The notes: generated from the letters alone by a model not told the origin. DNA of 49,304 nucleotides from Dehalococcoidia bacterium (GCA_003162335.1 PMMG01000083.1:184-49487); one strand, 5' to 3'; positions 9,452-18,922 are shown, counted from the stretch's first letter. Numbers and translations: made by a program.

Positions 9452-9982
9452 ATGTCTGTTGAACGGCAGGCCGCGGTTATGAAAATTCTGGACGACCAGA
9501 ACCATCTCTCAGAGAGGGCCGATGGCAAGGCTATATCACTACTATCCATGCTTGGTATTTTTACGGTCTTTTTCGTCAGCCAAATCGGCAGTATGAAAAA
9601 TATGAGTCTCTTCATGAACATCGCTGTGGTTGTATACTTTGTCTCCGTTTTGATGTCCATTATCCAGATCATACAGGCAATCTCCCCCCGTATACGTACC
9701 GTAAAACATATTTCAAAATCGGGCCCGAAAGCAAAGCCCATCCCGCAACCGACATTCTTCGGTGGAATCTGCAAATTCCCAAATTCCGAGGAATATAAAA
9801 AATGCCTGGATGATGTCATTAAGAATGATGACGAAATAACTGATATTTATATCAAACAGATCTACGAAGTGGCACAAATAAATGCGACCAAATATTCGTG
9901 TGTCAACCGTGCCGTCTGGTTCGTAGTCCTTGCTTTAGGCAGCCAGTTAGCTATTATTGCTTATATATTCGCTACCAAATAG
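9452..9982 (+). CDS. Small 3-TM membrane protein of unknown function, co-oriented 39 nt upstream of the cyclase gene.
   Basis: A GGAGGAAG RBS. An N-terminal polar helix ending in ...ERADGKAISLL, two TM helices, a ~70-aa cytoplasmic segment and a C-terminal TM helix. Confidence 0.5.
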   Translation: MSVERQAAVMKILDDQNHLSERADGKAISLLSMLGIFTVFFVSQIGSMKNMSLFMNIAVVVYFVSVLMSIIQIIQAISPRIRTVKHISKSGPKAKPIPQPTFFGGICKFPNSEEYKKCLDDVIKNDDEITDIYIKQIYEVAQINATKYSCVNRAVWFVVLALGSQLAIIAYIFATK

Positions 9983-10021
9983 GTTACACTGATTATATTT
10001 GGTTTAAGGTGTTTTAAAAAC

Positions 10022-11881
10022 TTGGTTAAAATAAAAAAACCGGTAATAAAATTAAAATGGACGCAGCGCAATAAGCGGCGTGTCCTTCATGCCGGGATTT
10101 TAATGGCGGCCGGAGGATTATTTATTCTGGCAATCGCTCTGGTCCAGCCGTTTTATACCTTTAACCTGTGGTTTTCTGACCGGTTTGTTTCCTCAGGTCG
10201 TGTTTCGCCCAATATCGTTATCGCGGGTATCGATGATGCATCCTTGGCCAAATACGGAAAATGGTCGGATTGGCCGCGCAGTTTACATGCCCAGGCCGTG
10301 AATAATCTGGAGGATGCCGGTGCTTCGGTTATCGGTTATGATGTAATTTTCGCTGATACCTCCAATAATGACCAGTCATTTGCCGCCAGTATGAAAAAGG
10401 CCGGTAATGTTATACTCGCTGGCGCGGGAACTACCCGCCTCGCTTTAAAAGATGCCCCGCCAACATACCAGCAATTTTTGCTTCCCGCTGCGACTCTTTA
10501 TCAATCTGCTGGTATGATAGGTCATGTTAATATTGTCCCTGATCCTGACGGAAAAGTCCGACGGATTCCACTAATTGTCCGGCAAGCGGATGGTAATACC
10601 TATCCGTCGCTAAGTGTCGCCGCGCTGTATACGCTCTTTCATAAGCCGCTATCGGTGAGCTATCCACTGTCCAACAGTAAGCTCAACCTGTTAATGCGGG
10701 ATATTCCGGTCGATTCGTCTTATTTTATGCTCTTAAATTATTCCGCCATCGATACCAAACCGGCATATCTTTCCTACGGCGATATTATCGCTAATACTTT
10801 TGACCCGTCGTTGGTCAAGAATAAAATCGTATTTATCGGTATGACTGCCACCGGCGATACCGACCAGTTCTCTGTCCCTAATTCCTCTGTGCGTATCCCC
10901 GGCGTCTACATTCACGCCGCTGCCGCCGATACCATTTTACGTACGCAATTCTTGACCGAGCAGCCTCTTTCCACCACACTGTGGACAATGGGGCTCTTGA
11001 TTATTTTATGCGCGGTGATGCTGCCTGTTTTCGGCACCTGGCATTGGACGGATATCCTGAAGGGTACCTGTTTTATGATCGTTTTACTGTTTATCTATAT
11101 CATAATGGCTTCGCTGCTGGCCGGACAGGGCTATATCATGAATATCCTCTATCCGTCCCTGCTTTTACTGGCACTGTTTATCACGGACATTGTTTTCATG
11201 ATTATCCAGGAGCAAAGTGATAAAAAATTCGTCAAAGACCTTTTCGGCCGGTATGTTTCCCCGCAGATTTCCAAAGAGATCGTCAGTATGGCCAATCAAG
11301 GCGGGCTCCGGCTCGGCGGCGAAGAAAGGGAAGTCACTATCCTTTTCGCCGATATACGGAATTTCACTACGATCAGTGAAAAGATGACGCCGGACGGCGT
11401 CGTAAAAATGCTCAATACCTGTTTGCCTGTTTTAATTGATGTTATTGTGCAAAATGGCGGTTTGGTCAATAAATTTGCCGGTGATAATCTGATGGGCGTT
11501 TGGAATGCCCCGCAATCTCAAGTCGACCATCCGAGATTAGCTGTTAAAGCTGCATTGGAAGGCCAGCAAAAAATGGCAGAATTATGCGCCATTAATACAG
11601 AATTGAGCAATGTTCAATTCGGCATCGGCATTAATACCGGTAAGGCTTTGGCTGGTAATGTTGGGTCCTTAGGGCGAGCCGAATATACCGTGATTGGCGA
11701 TGAAGTGAATTTGGCTTCACGCATCTGCAGTGTCACACCCGGCGGTGAAATCTATATCGGTCCGGATACATTCGACCAGACTCAGCAATATTTCAATGTT
11801 GAGGCGCAGCCGCCCCAGATTTTTAAAGGTAAAAGCAAGCCCATCGTTGTTTATAAAGTGCTTGGATTTAAAATAAAGTAA
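10022..11881 (+). CDS. CHASE2-sensor class III adenylate/guanylate cyclase.
   Basis: An N-terminal TM helix followed by CHASE2 motifs (VIAGIDDASL...GKWSDWPRS...YDVIFAD), then further TM helices. The C-terminal cyclase domain has FADIRNFT, NKFAGDNLMG, GIGINTG and GDEVNLASRI. The start is a TTG at 10022 with AAGGTG upstream. Confidence 0.8.
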   Translation: MVKIKKPVIKLKWTQRNKRRVLHAGILMAAGGLFILAIALVQPFYTFNLWFSDRFVSSGRVSPNIVIAGIDDASLAKYGKWSDWPRSLHAQAVNNLEDAGASVIGYDVIFADTSNNDQSFAASMKKAGNVILAGAGTTRLALKDAPPTYQQFLLPAATLYQSAGMIGHVNIVPDPDGKVRRIPLIVRQADGNTYPSLSVAALYTLFHKPLSVSYPLSNSKLNLLMRDIPVDSSYFMLLNYSAIDTKPAYLSYGDIIANTFDPSLVKNKIVFIGMTATGDTDQFSVPNSSVRIPGVYIHAAAADTILRTQFLTEQPLSTTLWTMGLLIILCAVMLPVFGTWHWTDILKGTCFMIVLLFIYIIMASLLAGQGYIMNILYPSLLLLALFITDIVFMIIQEQSDKKFVKDLFGRYVSPQISKEIVSMANQGGLRLGGEEREVTILFADIRNFTTISEKMTPDGVVKMLNTCLPVLIDVIVQNGGLVNKFAGDNLMGVWNAPQSQVDHPRLAVKAALEGQQKMAELCAINTELSNVQFGIGINTGKALAGNVGSLGRAEYTVIGDEVNLASRICSVTPGGEIYIGPDTFDQTQQYFNVEAQPPQIFKGKSKPIVVYKVLGFKIK

Positions 11882-11922
11882 TCATTGAAATGCCTATATT
11901 GCCGAACACTGGAGGAATGTAA

Positions 11923-13413
11923 ATGAGAATAACCCATTCCTTACTATTCAGAATTCTGCTGTTCGTCCCTGTATTCCTTTCTTTATTTTTAGGCCTTACA
12001 TCATGCGGAACAAAAAGTGGAAATGATCCTTTAACTGTCTTGTCGATAGCAGGGGGGAATGTTTCAATCCAAAAATCGGGCTCTTCAGACTGGAGTAACG
12101 GCAAAGAAGGCCTCACGCTGGCAAAGGGCGACAAGATCAAAACGGACACCGACAGCACTGCATCCATCACCTTTTTTGACGGCAGTATTATCCAGTTAAG
12201 TGGCGGTACGGAAATATCCCTGGACGAACTCATTACAAAATCTTCGACTTCTGCGAAGATCATTAAAATCGGCCAGACAATTGGTATAACTTCCAGCAAT
12301 ATCGTGAAGCTGGTTGATTCGGCTTCAAAATTTGAAATAGATACACAATCCGGTGTAGCTGCCGTCCGGGGCAGCAAAATGGTAGTCCAGGTGGCCTTGG
12401 ATAACACGACCAGTGTTTATAACGTTGAAGGCGCTATCAGTTTCATTGCGCAGGGCAAAGAAGTCGCCATCCCGGTCGGCTCGGTCAGTTCTGCCAAACC
12501 GGGTTCAGCCCCCAGTGCTCCGCAACCCGGCACGCCACCGGTGATCAGCGTCCCCAATGTAACCTCGGTTTCTTCGCTGTTAGGCTGGCAGCAGACCGGA
12601 TTATACCTTAAATCCGGTGATAAATATTATGTGGAATACCGCGGCGGCAGCTGGAGTGTTAATATCCATGGTTACCCTTATGTCGGGCCTCTGGGTCTGC
12701 CTAACGACATTGATAATAAAGTTGACAATGGCTCTAAAATTGACCTGTCAGTCCCCTATGGCTATTTGCTGGGAAAGGTAGGCAGCGGTAATGTGGTTAC
12801 AGTTGGTGATAAAGGCGGGCCGTTTACGGCCGACGCCACCGGTTTCCTGTCATTGCGAATGAATGATGGCGATAACATTCTGGGCGACAATGACGGCGCG
12901 ATTTCTGTCGCATTACGTACAACAGTTTATTTTGCCTTCGACGACTATAGTGTCACAAAAGGGAATCCGAATTGCAGCTGGTCTTACGGCTGGATGCCCA
13001 CTGACTTCAGCAAATTTAATCCATATGTTACCCACAATTCGATCCAATGGTACGGTCCGCAAGGCGGCGACCTGACTCCATGCATCTGGATCAACACTGG
13101 CGGTACAACGTACGGAGTGCCTACCGGCTGGCTTTCGCTGCATCCCGGCCCTGGTACAGAACCTTCAATTCTCCGTTGGACCGCGCCGGTTGTCGGTAAA
13201 GTCCATGTCACGGGTCAGTTCCTGGCCGGCGATGGCGGGATCATGACTATCGCAGTATTCCATAATGTTCAAAAATTGTGGACGGCATCTGATGCCGGCA
13301 AATTCGATCTGAATATTGTTGTCGCTGCGGGTGATAATATCGACTTTGCCGTTTATGGCGGTTATGGCTATGGAAATACCCCCATCAGCGCGACAATCAG
13401 CTACGGCAATTAG
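11923..13413 (+). CDS. Secreted FecR-domain lipoprotein with an unknown ~300-aa Gly/Tyr-rich C-terminal domain (paralog A).
   Basis: A signal peptide plus Cys (LGLTSCG); a FecR-like segment (GLTLAKGDKIKTD...ITFFDGSIIQLSGGTEISLDEL); a conserved C-terminal region (GSWSVNIHGYPYVGPLGLP...VYGGYGYGNTP). A GGAGG RBS is present. Confidence 0.7.
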   Translation: MRITHSLLFRILLFVPVFLSLFLGLTSCGTKSGNDPLTVLSIAGGNVSIQKSGSSDWSNGKEGLTLAKGDKIKTDTDSTASITFFDGSIIQLSGGTEISLDELITKSSTSAKIIKIGQTIGITSSNIVKLVDSASKFEIDTQSGVAAVRGSKMVVQVALDNTTSVYNVEGAISFIAQGKEVAIPVGSVSSAKPGSAPSAPQPGTPPVISVPNVTSVSSLLGWQQTGLYLKSGDKYYVEYRGGSWSVNIHGYPYVGPLGLPNDIDNKVDNGSKIDLSVPYGYLLGKVGSGNVVTVGDKGGPFTADATGFLSLRMNDGDNILGDNDGAISVALRTTVYFAFDDYSVTKGNPNCSWSYGWMPTDFSKFNPYVTHNSIQWYGPQGGDLTPCIWINTGGTTYGVPTGWLSLHPGPGTEPSILRWTAPVVGKVHVTGQFLAGDGGIMTIAVFHNVQKLWTASDAGKFDLNIVVAAGDNIDFAVYGGYGYGNTPISATISYGN

Positions 13414-13501
13414 TTAGGATAGCGGAATCATCAGGAATTGAAAACATAAAAATAAAAACTGAACAGTTGATTATTGACTGCTTTAATAGAGGGAGAACAC
13501 C

Positions 13502-15058
13502 ATGCGCTTCAATAACTTCCTACTGAGATTCTTGTTGCCAGTCCCCATCATGATGTCCTTATTTTTAGGAATAACGGCTTGCGGTTCAGGCGCCGCTCCC
13601 GCTAAAATTAATAATACTCCCTTAACCGTCTTATCGATTACCGGCGGTAACGTTTCGATACAAAAATCCGGCTCCGGCAATTGGGTTAGCGCTACCGAAG
13701 GCCTTACCCTGACGAAAGGAGATAAAATCAAAACTGACGCCAATGGCAAGGCAGTGATCACTTTCTTCGATGGCAGTATTATCGAATTGAACGGCGGTAC
13801 CGAGATCTCAATGGATGAACTCATCGCCAAATCGGCATCTTCTCCTAAAACAATTAAGATCGGGCAAAAAATCGGCGAAACCACCAGCACGATCGTTAAA
13901 CTGGTTGACCCGGCGTCAAAATACGAAATTGATACCCAATCCGGTGTGGCCGCTGTTCGCGGCAGCAAAATGTTCGTGAACGTAGCCTCCGACAACACTA
14001 CCAGTGTTTATAATCTTGAAGGTTCTATCAGTTTCACCGCTCAGGGCAAAGAAGTCCTGATTCCGGTCGGTTCGGGTAGTTCCGCCAAACCCGGCGAAGT
14101 CCCATCTGCGCCGCAACCAGGCCTCCCGTCCGGTATCGACGCATCAGGGATAACCTCAGGTTTGATCTCCGTTTCTTCCCTGACAGGCTGGCAGCAGACT
14201 AACTTACAGCTGAACGCTGGTGATAAGTTCTATGTCGAATACAGGGGCGGCAGCTGGAGTGTTAATATCCATGGTTACCCTTATGTCGGGCCTCTGGGTC
14301 TGCCTACCGATATCGATAATAAAGTTGACAACGGATCTAAAATTACCGTTTCAGTCCCGTATGGTTATTTGATCGGAAAGGTCGGCAGCGGTAACGTGAT
14401 AAACATCGGTAACATGGGCGGGCCGTTTACAGCCGACGCGAGCGGTTTCCTGTCGCTGAGAATGAATGATGGCGATAAGACATTAGGAGACAATGACGGC
14501 GCGATTACAGTCGCGGTGAGGGCTACTGTTTACTCTGCATTACACGATTTTAGTACTACCAACGGGAATCCCAACGGCAGTTGGTCTTACGGTTCGATGC
14601 CTACCGACTTCAGTAAGTTCAATGTCTATAACGCTAACAGTACATTCATGTGGTACGGAAATATAGGCAGTGACCTTACCCCCTATATATGGATTAATAC
14701 AGGTGATTTGACTAATGGAGTGCCTCCAGGTCTTACCAACACTAATGGCGTCGCAAGCGGAGTGCCTACCGGCTGGCTTTCGTTACACCCCGGCCCGAAC
14801 TCCGAGCCTTCAGTGCTGCGTTGGACCGCGCCTGTTGATGGTGATGTTCATGTCACGGGGCAATTCCTTGCCGGTGATCGTGGAATCATGACCGTTGCAG
14901 TTCGCCATAATATTCAAGAGATGTGGAAAGCATCGAATTCCGGCAGCTTCGATGTGAATATTAAGGTTGCACGGGGAGACACCATCGACTTTGTGGTTTA
15001 TGGGGGTTACGGTTACGGCAACACTCCTGTCAGCGCAACCATCAGTTATAATAATTAG
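13502..15058 (+). CDS. Secreted FecR-domain lipoprotein, paralog B of the preceding gene.
   Basis: Colinear with 11923..13413 at high amino-acid identity. A GGGAG RBS and a lipobox (ITACG) are present. Confidence 0.7.
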   Translation: MRFNNFLLRFLLPVPIMMSLFLGITACGSGAAPAKINNTPLTVLSITGGNVSIQKSGSGNWVSATEGLTLTKGDKIKTDANGKAVITFFDGSIIELNGGTEISMDELIAKSASSPKTIKIGQKIGETTSTIVKLVDPASKYEIDTQSGVAAVRGSKMFVNVASDNTTSVYNLEGSISFTAQGKEVLIPVGSGSSAKPGEVPSAPQPGLPSGIDASGITSGLISVSSLTGWQQTNLQLNAGDKFYVEYRGGSWSVNIHGYPYVGPLGLPTDIDNKVDNGSKITVSVPYGYLIGKVGSGNVINIGNMGGPFTADASGFLSLRMNDGDKTLGDNDGAITVAVRATVYSALHDFSTTNGNPNGSWSYGSMPTDFSKFNVYNANSTFMWYGNIGSDLTPYIWINTGDLTNGVPPGLTNTNGVASGVPTGWLSLHPGPNSEPSVLRWTAPVDGDVHVTGQFLAGDRGIMTVAVRHNIQEMWKASNSGSFDVNIKVARGDTIDFVVYGGYGYGNTPVSATISYNN

Positions 15059-15229
15059 TTTTGTTGCTAACGTTACTGCCGTGATTTCATAACGACGGCA
15101 CGGCCTGGAGTGCAACTCCTGCCGGGACCTGTTATGGTTTGGTCTCGATATGGGGCAGTTCTGCCTCTGATATCTTCGCAGAGAGAACCGGTGTTGTACA
15201 TTATCAGCCGTAAAGAGTAAAATCAGGCC

Positions 15230-15580
15230 ATGAATAAATTAACAGCCGACGATATACTAAAAAGCCGGGTGCAGCCGGAACAGGTTAATATTATCTCGCT
15301 GCTGCGGCTTACGGTGCTTGAAATTGCTCCGGACGCGAGGGAAGTAGTCGTCAATGGTATGCCTGGATATAAACGGAATAATATGTTGGCGGTCGTCAGT
15401 CCCATCGGGAAAAAGGTCTTCCTGGCTTTTCCGCACGGTGCGGCTTTCGTAGATAAATACGGTTTGCTCTGCGGCGACGGTTCGGAATCAAAAAACCTGA
15501 AATTCAAACAAACCGGCGATGTTAATAAAGATGTGCTCGGTTATTACATCCGCCAGGCCGTCGAACTGGACCGCCAGTGA
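15230..15580 (+). CDS. DUF1801 (YdhG-like) domain protein.
   Basis: It has the size and pattern of a DUF1801 protein (EIAPDAREVVVNGMPGYK...VFLAF). Confidence 0.5.
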   Translation: MNKLTADDILKSRVQPEQVNIISLLRLTVLEIAPDAREVVVNGMPGYKRNNMLAVVSPIGKKVFLAFPHGAAFVDKYGLLCGDGSESKNLKFKQTGDVNKDVLGYYIRQAVELDRQ

Positions 15581-15699
15581 CAATCGTCAGTTGAGAAAAG
15601 CTGCCGACAATCCTCGCCGTTTTCGGAAACCGAGTTAGAGGGTGAAGTTTTCAAAGATGGTGAAAATGTGAATCGCTCGTCTCTTTCATACAAAACTAC

Positions 15700-17697
15700 C
15701 TACAGTAATCTCGCTACCTGGTAAACAATTATTGCCAGCGAAAACGATAATACCAGTTGAAATGCGATCGTAAAAAGCGGCCATTTCCAGGTCTTTGTCT
15801 CCTGCCTGATTGCCGCCACCGTAGCCACGCAGGGAATAAAAAGCACTTGCACCACCAGAAAAGCGACCGCTGCCGCCGGTGTCAGTAACGTTTTCAGTTG
15901 CGCATTCAGACCGGCGCCGGTTCCGCCAAGCAGCGTCCCCAGTGTGGCAATTGTGTTTTCCTTGGCAATAAAGCTGGAGAAAAGCGCGACCATCACCTGC
16001 CAGTTGAAGCCCATCAGTTTTCCCAGCGGCTCAAAAAATTTCCCAATGTGCGCCAGGACACTGGTATTAATATCTCCGTTAGGCACTGTTGCCAGCAGCC
16101 AGATAATCAAAGATACCGCAAGGATAATTGTCCCCGCACGCTTGATGAAGGCCATCGTGTTTTGCCATGTTACCAGTCCGATAATGCGCGGATTCGGTAA
16201 ATGATACAACGGTAATTCCATCAACAGAGCGCTGTCTTCCCCGCCTACCACAAACCGGTTCATGAGCAATCCGGTAATAATCAGCATGATCAGACTGAAT
16301 ATTACGATTCCGATCGAAACAAATATCGCCGCGCCGCCGAAGAATGCCGCCGCAATCAACGTTACAACTGCCATCCTGCCGGTGCAGGGCACCAGCGGCG
16401 CCACGATGATCGTCAGCAGACGCGATCGCGGCGAATCGATGATGCGCGTGCCCAAAATGGCGGGCACATTACAGCCGAATCCTAAAACCAATGGTAAAAC
16501 CGATTTCCCGTGCAGCCCCAGCAAATGCATAAACCTGTCTGTCACAAAAGCTGCCCTGGCGGTATAGCCGACATCTTCCATAAATGCCCAGGCGGCAAAA
16601 AACAGCATCAATATCGGGATAAAGGTCAGCACGGTTCCGACGCCGCTGATAATTCCGTTGGCTAACAGGCTTCTAACCCAGGCCGGCGCGCTGACCAAGT
16701 TAGTATTTACCAGCGTTTTACCGCTCTCGACCAGGTGCACTTCCAGGAATTTTTGCAGCGGGATGCCGATACTGTAAACCAACCCGAAAATCAGGCCGAA
16801 GACTAATAAAAGTACGAATAAACCACTGATCGGGTGCGTTGCTGCGCGGTCGATTTTTTCGGTCAGCGAAACTCTCCCCAAGGGTGGTTTTTCCTGTGTC
16901 TTCGCCATCATTCTCTCCACCCATTCATAGCGCAGGGTGGCGATGGTGACTGCGGCGGATTCGTTCTCCCTGAGATAGGCATTCAGCGCTGAGGATTTCC
17001 CAACGCCAGCCCGGCCCATTACCAGTTTGTCGATCTGGGTATCGCCTTCCAGTAATTTCATTGCCGTCCAATGTTTGGGATAAGGCGCGGTGATGGAATC
17101 GTCAAGTAATTCCTCCACATGGTTGATGACTTTAAGTATTTCGCTGCCGTATTCGATGTGTTTTAATTCCCGAGCGCCCGCCGGTTGGCGGTATTCCTGC
17201 TCGATTGCAGTCAATAATTCATTGATGCCCTGGTTCTTACTCGCGGCGATCGGGATTACCGGAATGTTTAAGGCTTCAGCTAACGCTTTGGCATCGATCT
17301 TTTTGCCCTGCTGCTGTGCCACGTCCATCATGTTTAACGCAATGACCAGGCGTGGAGATAATTCGATCAGTTCCGCGACCAGATACAAATGCCGTTCCAG
17401 ACTGGCGGCGTTCAGGATTGCCACTACGACATCGGGATTTTCCTTCACCAGGTAGTCCCTCGCGATTTGTTCTTCCGCGGAATTAGCGGTTAAGCTGTAT
17501 GTTCCTGGCAAATCGACAATATCCATAGTCAGATTGCCGCGGTGTGTCACTCCTGTTTTTTGCTCGACGGTTTTTCCCGGCCAGTTGCCCACGTGCTGTG
17601 AAAGCCCCGTCAGAAGATTGAAGACAGTGCTTTTACCGACATTGGGGGCTCCGGCCAGCGCCACGACAATGTGCTTTCCCATGGCAGTTTCTGTCAT
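15700..17697 (-). CDS. feoB: Ferrous iron transporter FeoB.
   Basis: An N-terminal G-domain (ALAGAPNVGKSTVFN, DLPGTYSL) followed by a polytopic membrane domain. Its start overlaps the upstream stop as ATGA. Confidence 0.9.
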   Translation of the reverse strand: MTETAMGKHIVVALAGAPNVGKSTVFNLLTGLSQHVGNWPGKTVEQKTGVTHRGNLTMDIVDLPGTYSLTANSAEEQIARDYLVKENPDVVVAILNAASLERHLYLVAELIELSPRLVIALNMMDVAQQQGKKIDAKALAEALNIPVIPIAASKNQGINELLTAIEQEYRQPAGARELKHIEYGSEILKVINHVEELLDDSITAPYPKHWTAMKLLEGDTQIDKLVMGRAGVGKSSALNAYLRENESAAVTIATLRYEWVERMMAKTQEKPPLGRVSLTEKIDRAATHPISGLFVLLLVFGLIFGLVYSIGIPLQKFLEVHLVESGKTLVNTNLVSAPAWVRSLLANGIISGVGTVLTFIPILMLFFAAWAFMEDVGYTARAAFVTDRFMHLLGLHGKSVLPLVLGFGCNVPAILGTRIIDSPRSRLLTIIVAPLVPCTGRMAVVTLIAAAFFGGAAIFVSIGIVIFSLIMLIITGLLMNRFVVGGEDSALLMELPLYHLPNPRIIGLVTWQNTMAFIKRAGTIILAVSLIIWLLATVPNGDINTSVLAHIGKFFEPLGKLMGFNWQVMVALFSSFIAKENTIATLGTLLGGTGAGLNAQLKTLLTPAAAVAFLVVQVLFIPCVATVAAIRQETKTWKWPLFTIAFQLVLSFSLAIIVYQVARLL

Positions 17698-18605
17698 GCG
17701 TTTTCATTCCGGGTTACAGTAATGTGGTCTGCGAGGTCGCGGCCTAAAGCTACTTCCGTATCGTGCACTTTCACCAGAACCGGTCCGCTGTTGAAGTTCT
17801 CCAGCATCTTGACTACGCTGCCGGGAGTAAAACCGAGTGAAAGACAACGCCCCAGCAGGTTGCGTTCTCCGGTATATTCTTTTAGTACACACGTATTTCC
17901 GGCATTCAGTTTACTGAGGGTGGTTTCTTCCTTAATAGTATCCCGCTGCCCGGCGCTGACCGGCTCTGCCAGCAGGGCCATCGCCAGGTCTGCGTTTATC
18001 TTTATTTTCCTGTTTCCGGCTTCCAATTCCAGAGAGCCGTCCTCGTTTTTTTTATGTATGGTCACTATTACCTGCGGCTTTAATCCCTTTTTTTCGATTG
18101 CTGCTAATAATCTGGAATCGCCCTCGTCAATAGCGGTAATATTCACTCGCTGCAAAGCCTGAAATCTGGTCAACGGCACGGCTTTTTCCTTTTTGATATT
18201 GCCTTTATTATCCGGGATGGCGTGGCCGTGCGGGCATGTATCTGTATCGCCGAGAATAACCGCTAACCGTTCTTCCACTTCCGGCACATCGAGGTGCTCC
18301 AATTTACAAGCCACCTCATGTACTTTGTCCCATTTCATCCCCAGCACATCGGTCAGGAATCTTTCCCATAACCGGTGACGGCGGATAACTCCCAGCGCCC
18401 GTTCCACCCCCAATTCGGTGAGCGTTGCCCCTTTACTTGATTTATAGTCGATCAGCCCTTTACTTTCCAGGTTTTTCAACATGTCTGTTACTGCGGGCTG
18501 CGATACACCCAGGTCTCTGGCTAAAAAAGAAGTAGACGCCGGATCTCCCTTGGTTTGTTCTTTATAAATGGCTTCAAGGTATTCTTCTGTACGTTCACTA
18601 TCCAT
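17694..18605 (-). CDS. DtxR/MntR-family metal-dependent repressor fused to two C-terminal FeoA-like (SH3-like) domains.
   Basis: An N-terminal HTH (FLARDLGVSQPAVTDMLKNLE), a metal-binding/dimerisation helix (RRHRLWERFLTDVLG...HEVACKLEH) and two FeoA-like segments. A GGAGGGTGAG RBS. It is translationally coupled to feoB. Confidence 0.8.
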   Translation of the reverse strand: MDSERTEEYLEAIYKEQTKGDPASTSFLARDLGVSQPAVTDMLKNLESKGLIDYKSSKGATLTELGVERALGVIRRHRLWERFLTDVLGMKWDKVHEVACKLEHLDVPEVEERLAVILGDTDTCPHGHAIPDNKGNIKKEKAVPLTRFQALQRVNITAIDEGDSRLLAAIEKKGLKPQVIVTIHKKNEDGSLELEAGNRKIKINADLAMALLAEPVSAGQRDTIKEETTLSKLNAGNTCVLKEYTGERNLLGRCLSLGFTPGSVVKMLENFNSGPVLVKVHDTEVALGRDLADHITVTRNENA

Positions 18606-18619
18606 CTCACCCTCCGCTG

Positions 18620-18650
18620 TTAAGCTGCCTTAATTAAGCTATCTTAATTA
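18620..18650. promoter_or_regulatory. Candidate operator/promoter repeats upstream of the dtxR-like gene.
   Basis: TTAAGCT occurs twice, alongside the palindrome CTTAATTAAG and a further TTAATTA, all within 20-50 nt upstream of the RBS. Confidence 0.3.
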
Positions 18651-18859
18651 TCGCACGGCAAGACTTTTTCTGCAAGCCGAATTTGTAACTTGCCGTTGAT
18701 AACTAAAGGGTGAGAACAGATTCCTGCCGGTTTTTCGAAGTTAGATATTGAAATTTGTTTGACTAATGGCTTCTGGATATCCGGATTTCACTTGCTATTG
18801 ATATTTTCCCTTTTAAGGACTAGATTTAAGTTAGAAACAATATATTTATGGGAGTAAAC

Positions 18860-18922
18860 ATGAACTGGCAATTTCCGCGTGATTCGTTCTGTCCGCCTGA
18901 TGATGACGACGATGATGATTGA
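18860..18922 (+). CDS. Candidate 20-aa small ORF, MNWQFPRDSFCPPDDDDDDD, upstream of the stomatin-like gene.
   Basis: An ATG with a GGGAG SD 5 nt upstream; it terminates in seven consecutive Asp codons. Confidence 0.2.
   Translation: MNWQFPRDSFCPPDDDDDDD

Noticed and set aside
9346-9819. 157-aa minus-strand ORF.
   Set aside because: It overlaps the divergent promoter region and lies antisense to the 3-TM protein gene, which has a strong GGAGGAAG SD.
11868-12407. 179-aa minus-strand ORF, plus its look-alike at 13483..13998 (171 aa); the two seem to be a paralogous gene pair.
   Set aside because: Both lie fully antisense to the two FecR-lipoprotein paralogs. They resemble each other only because the sense genes do. 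They have no RBS or recognisable domains, while the sense frames carry signal peptides and the FecR signature.
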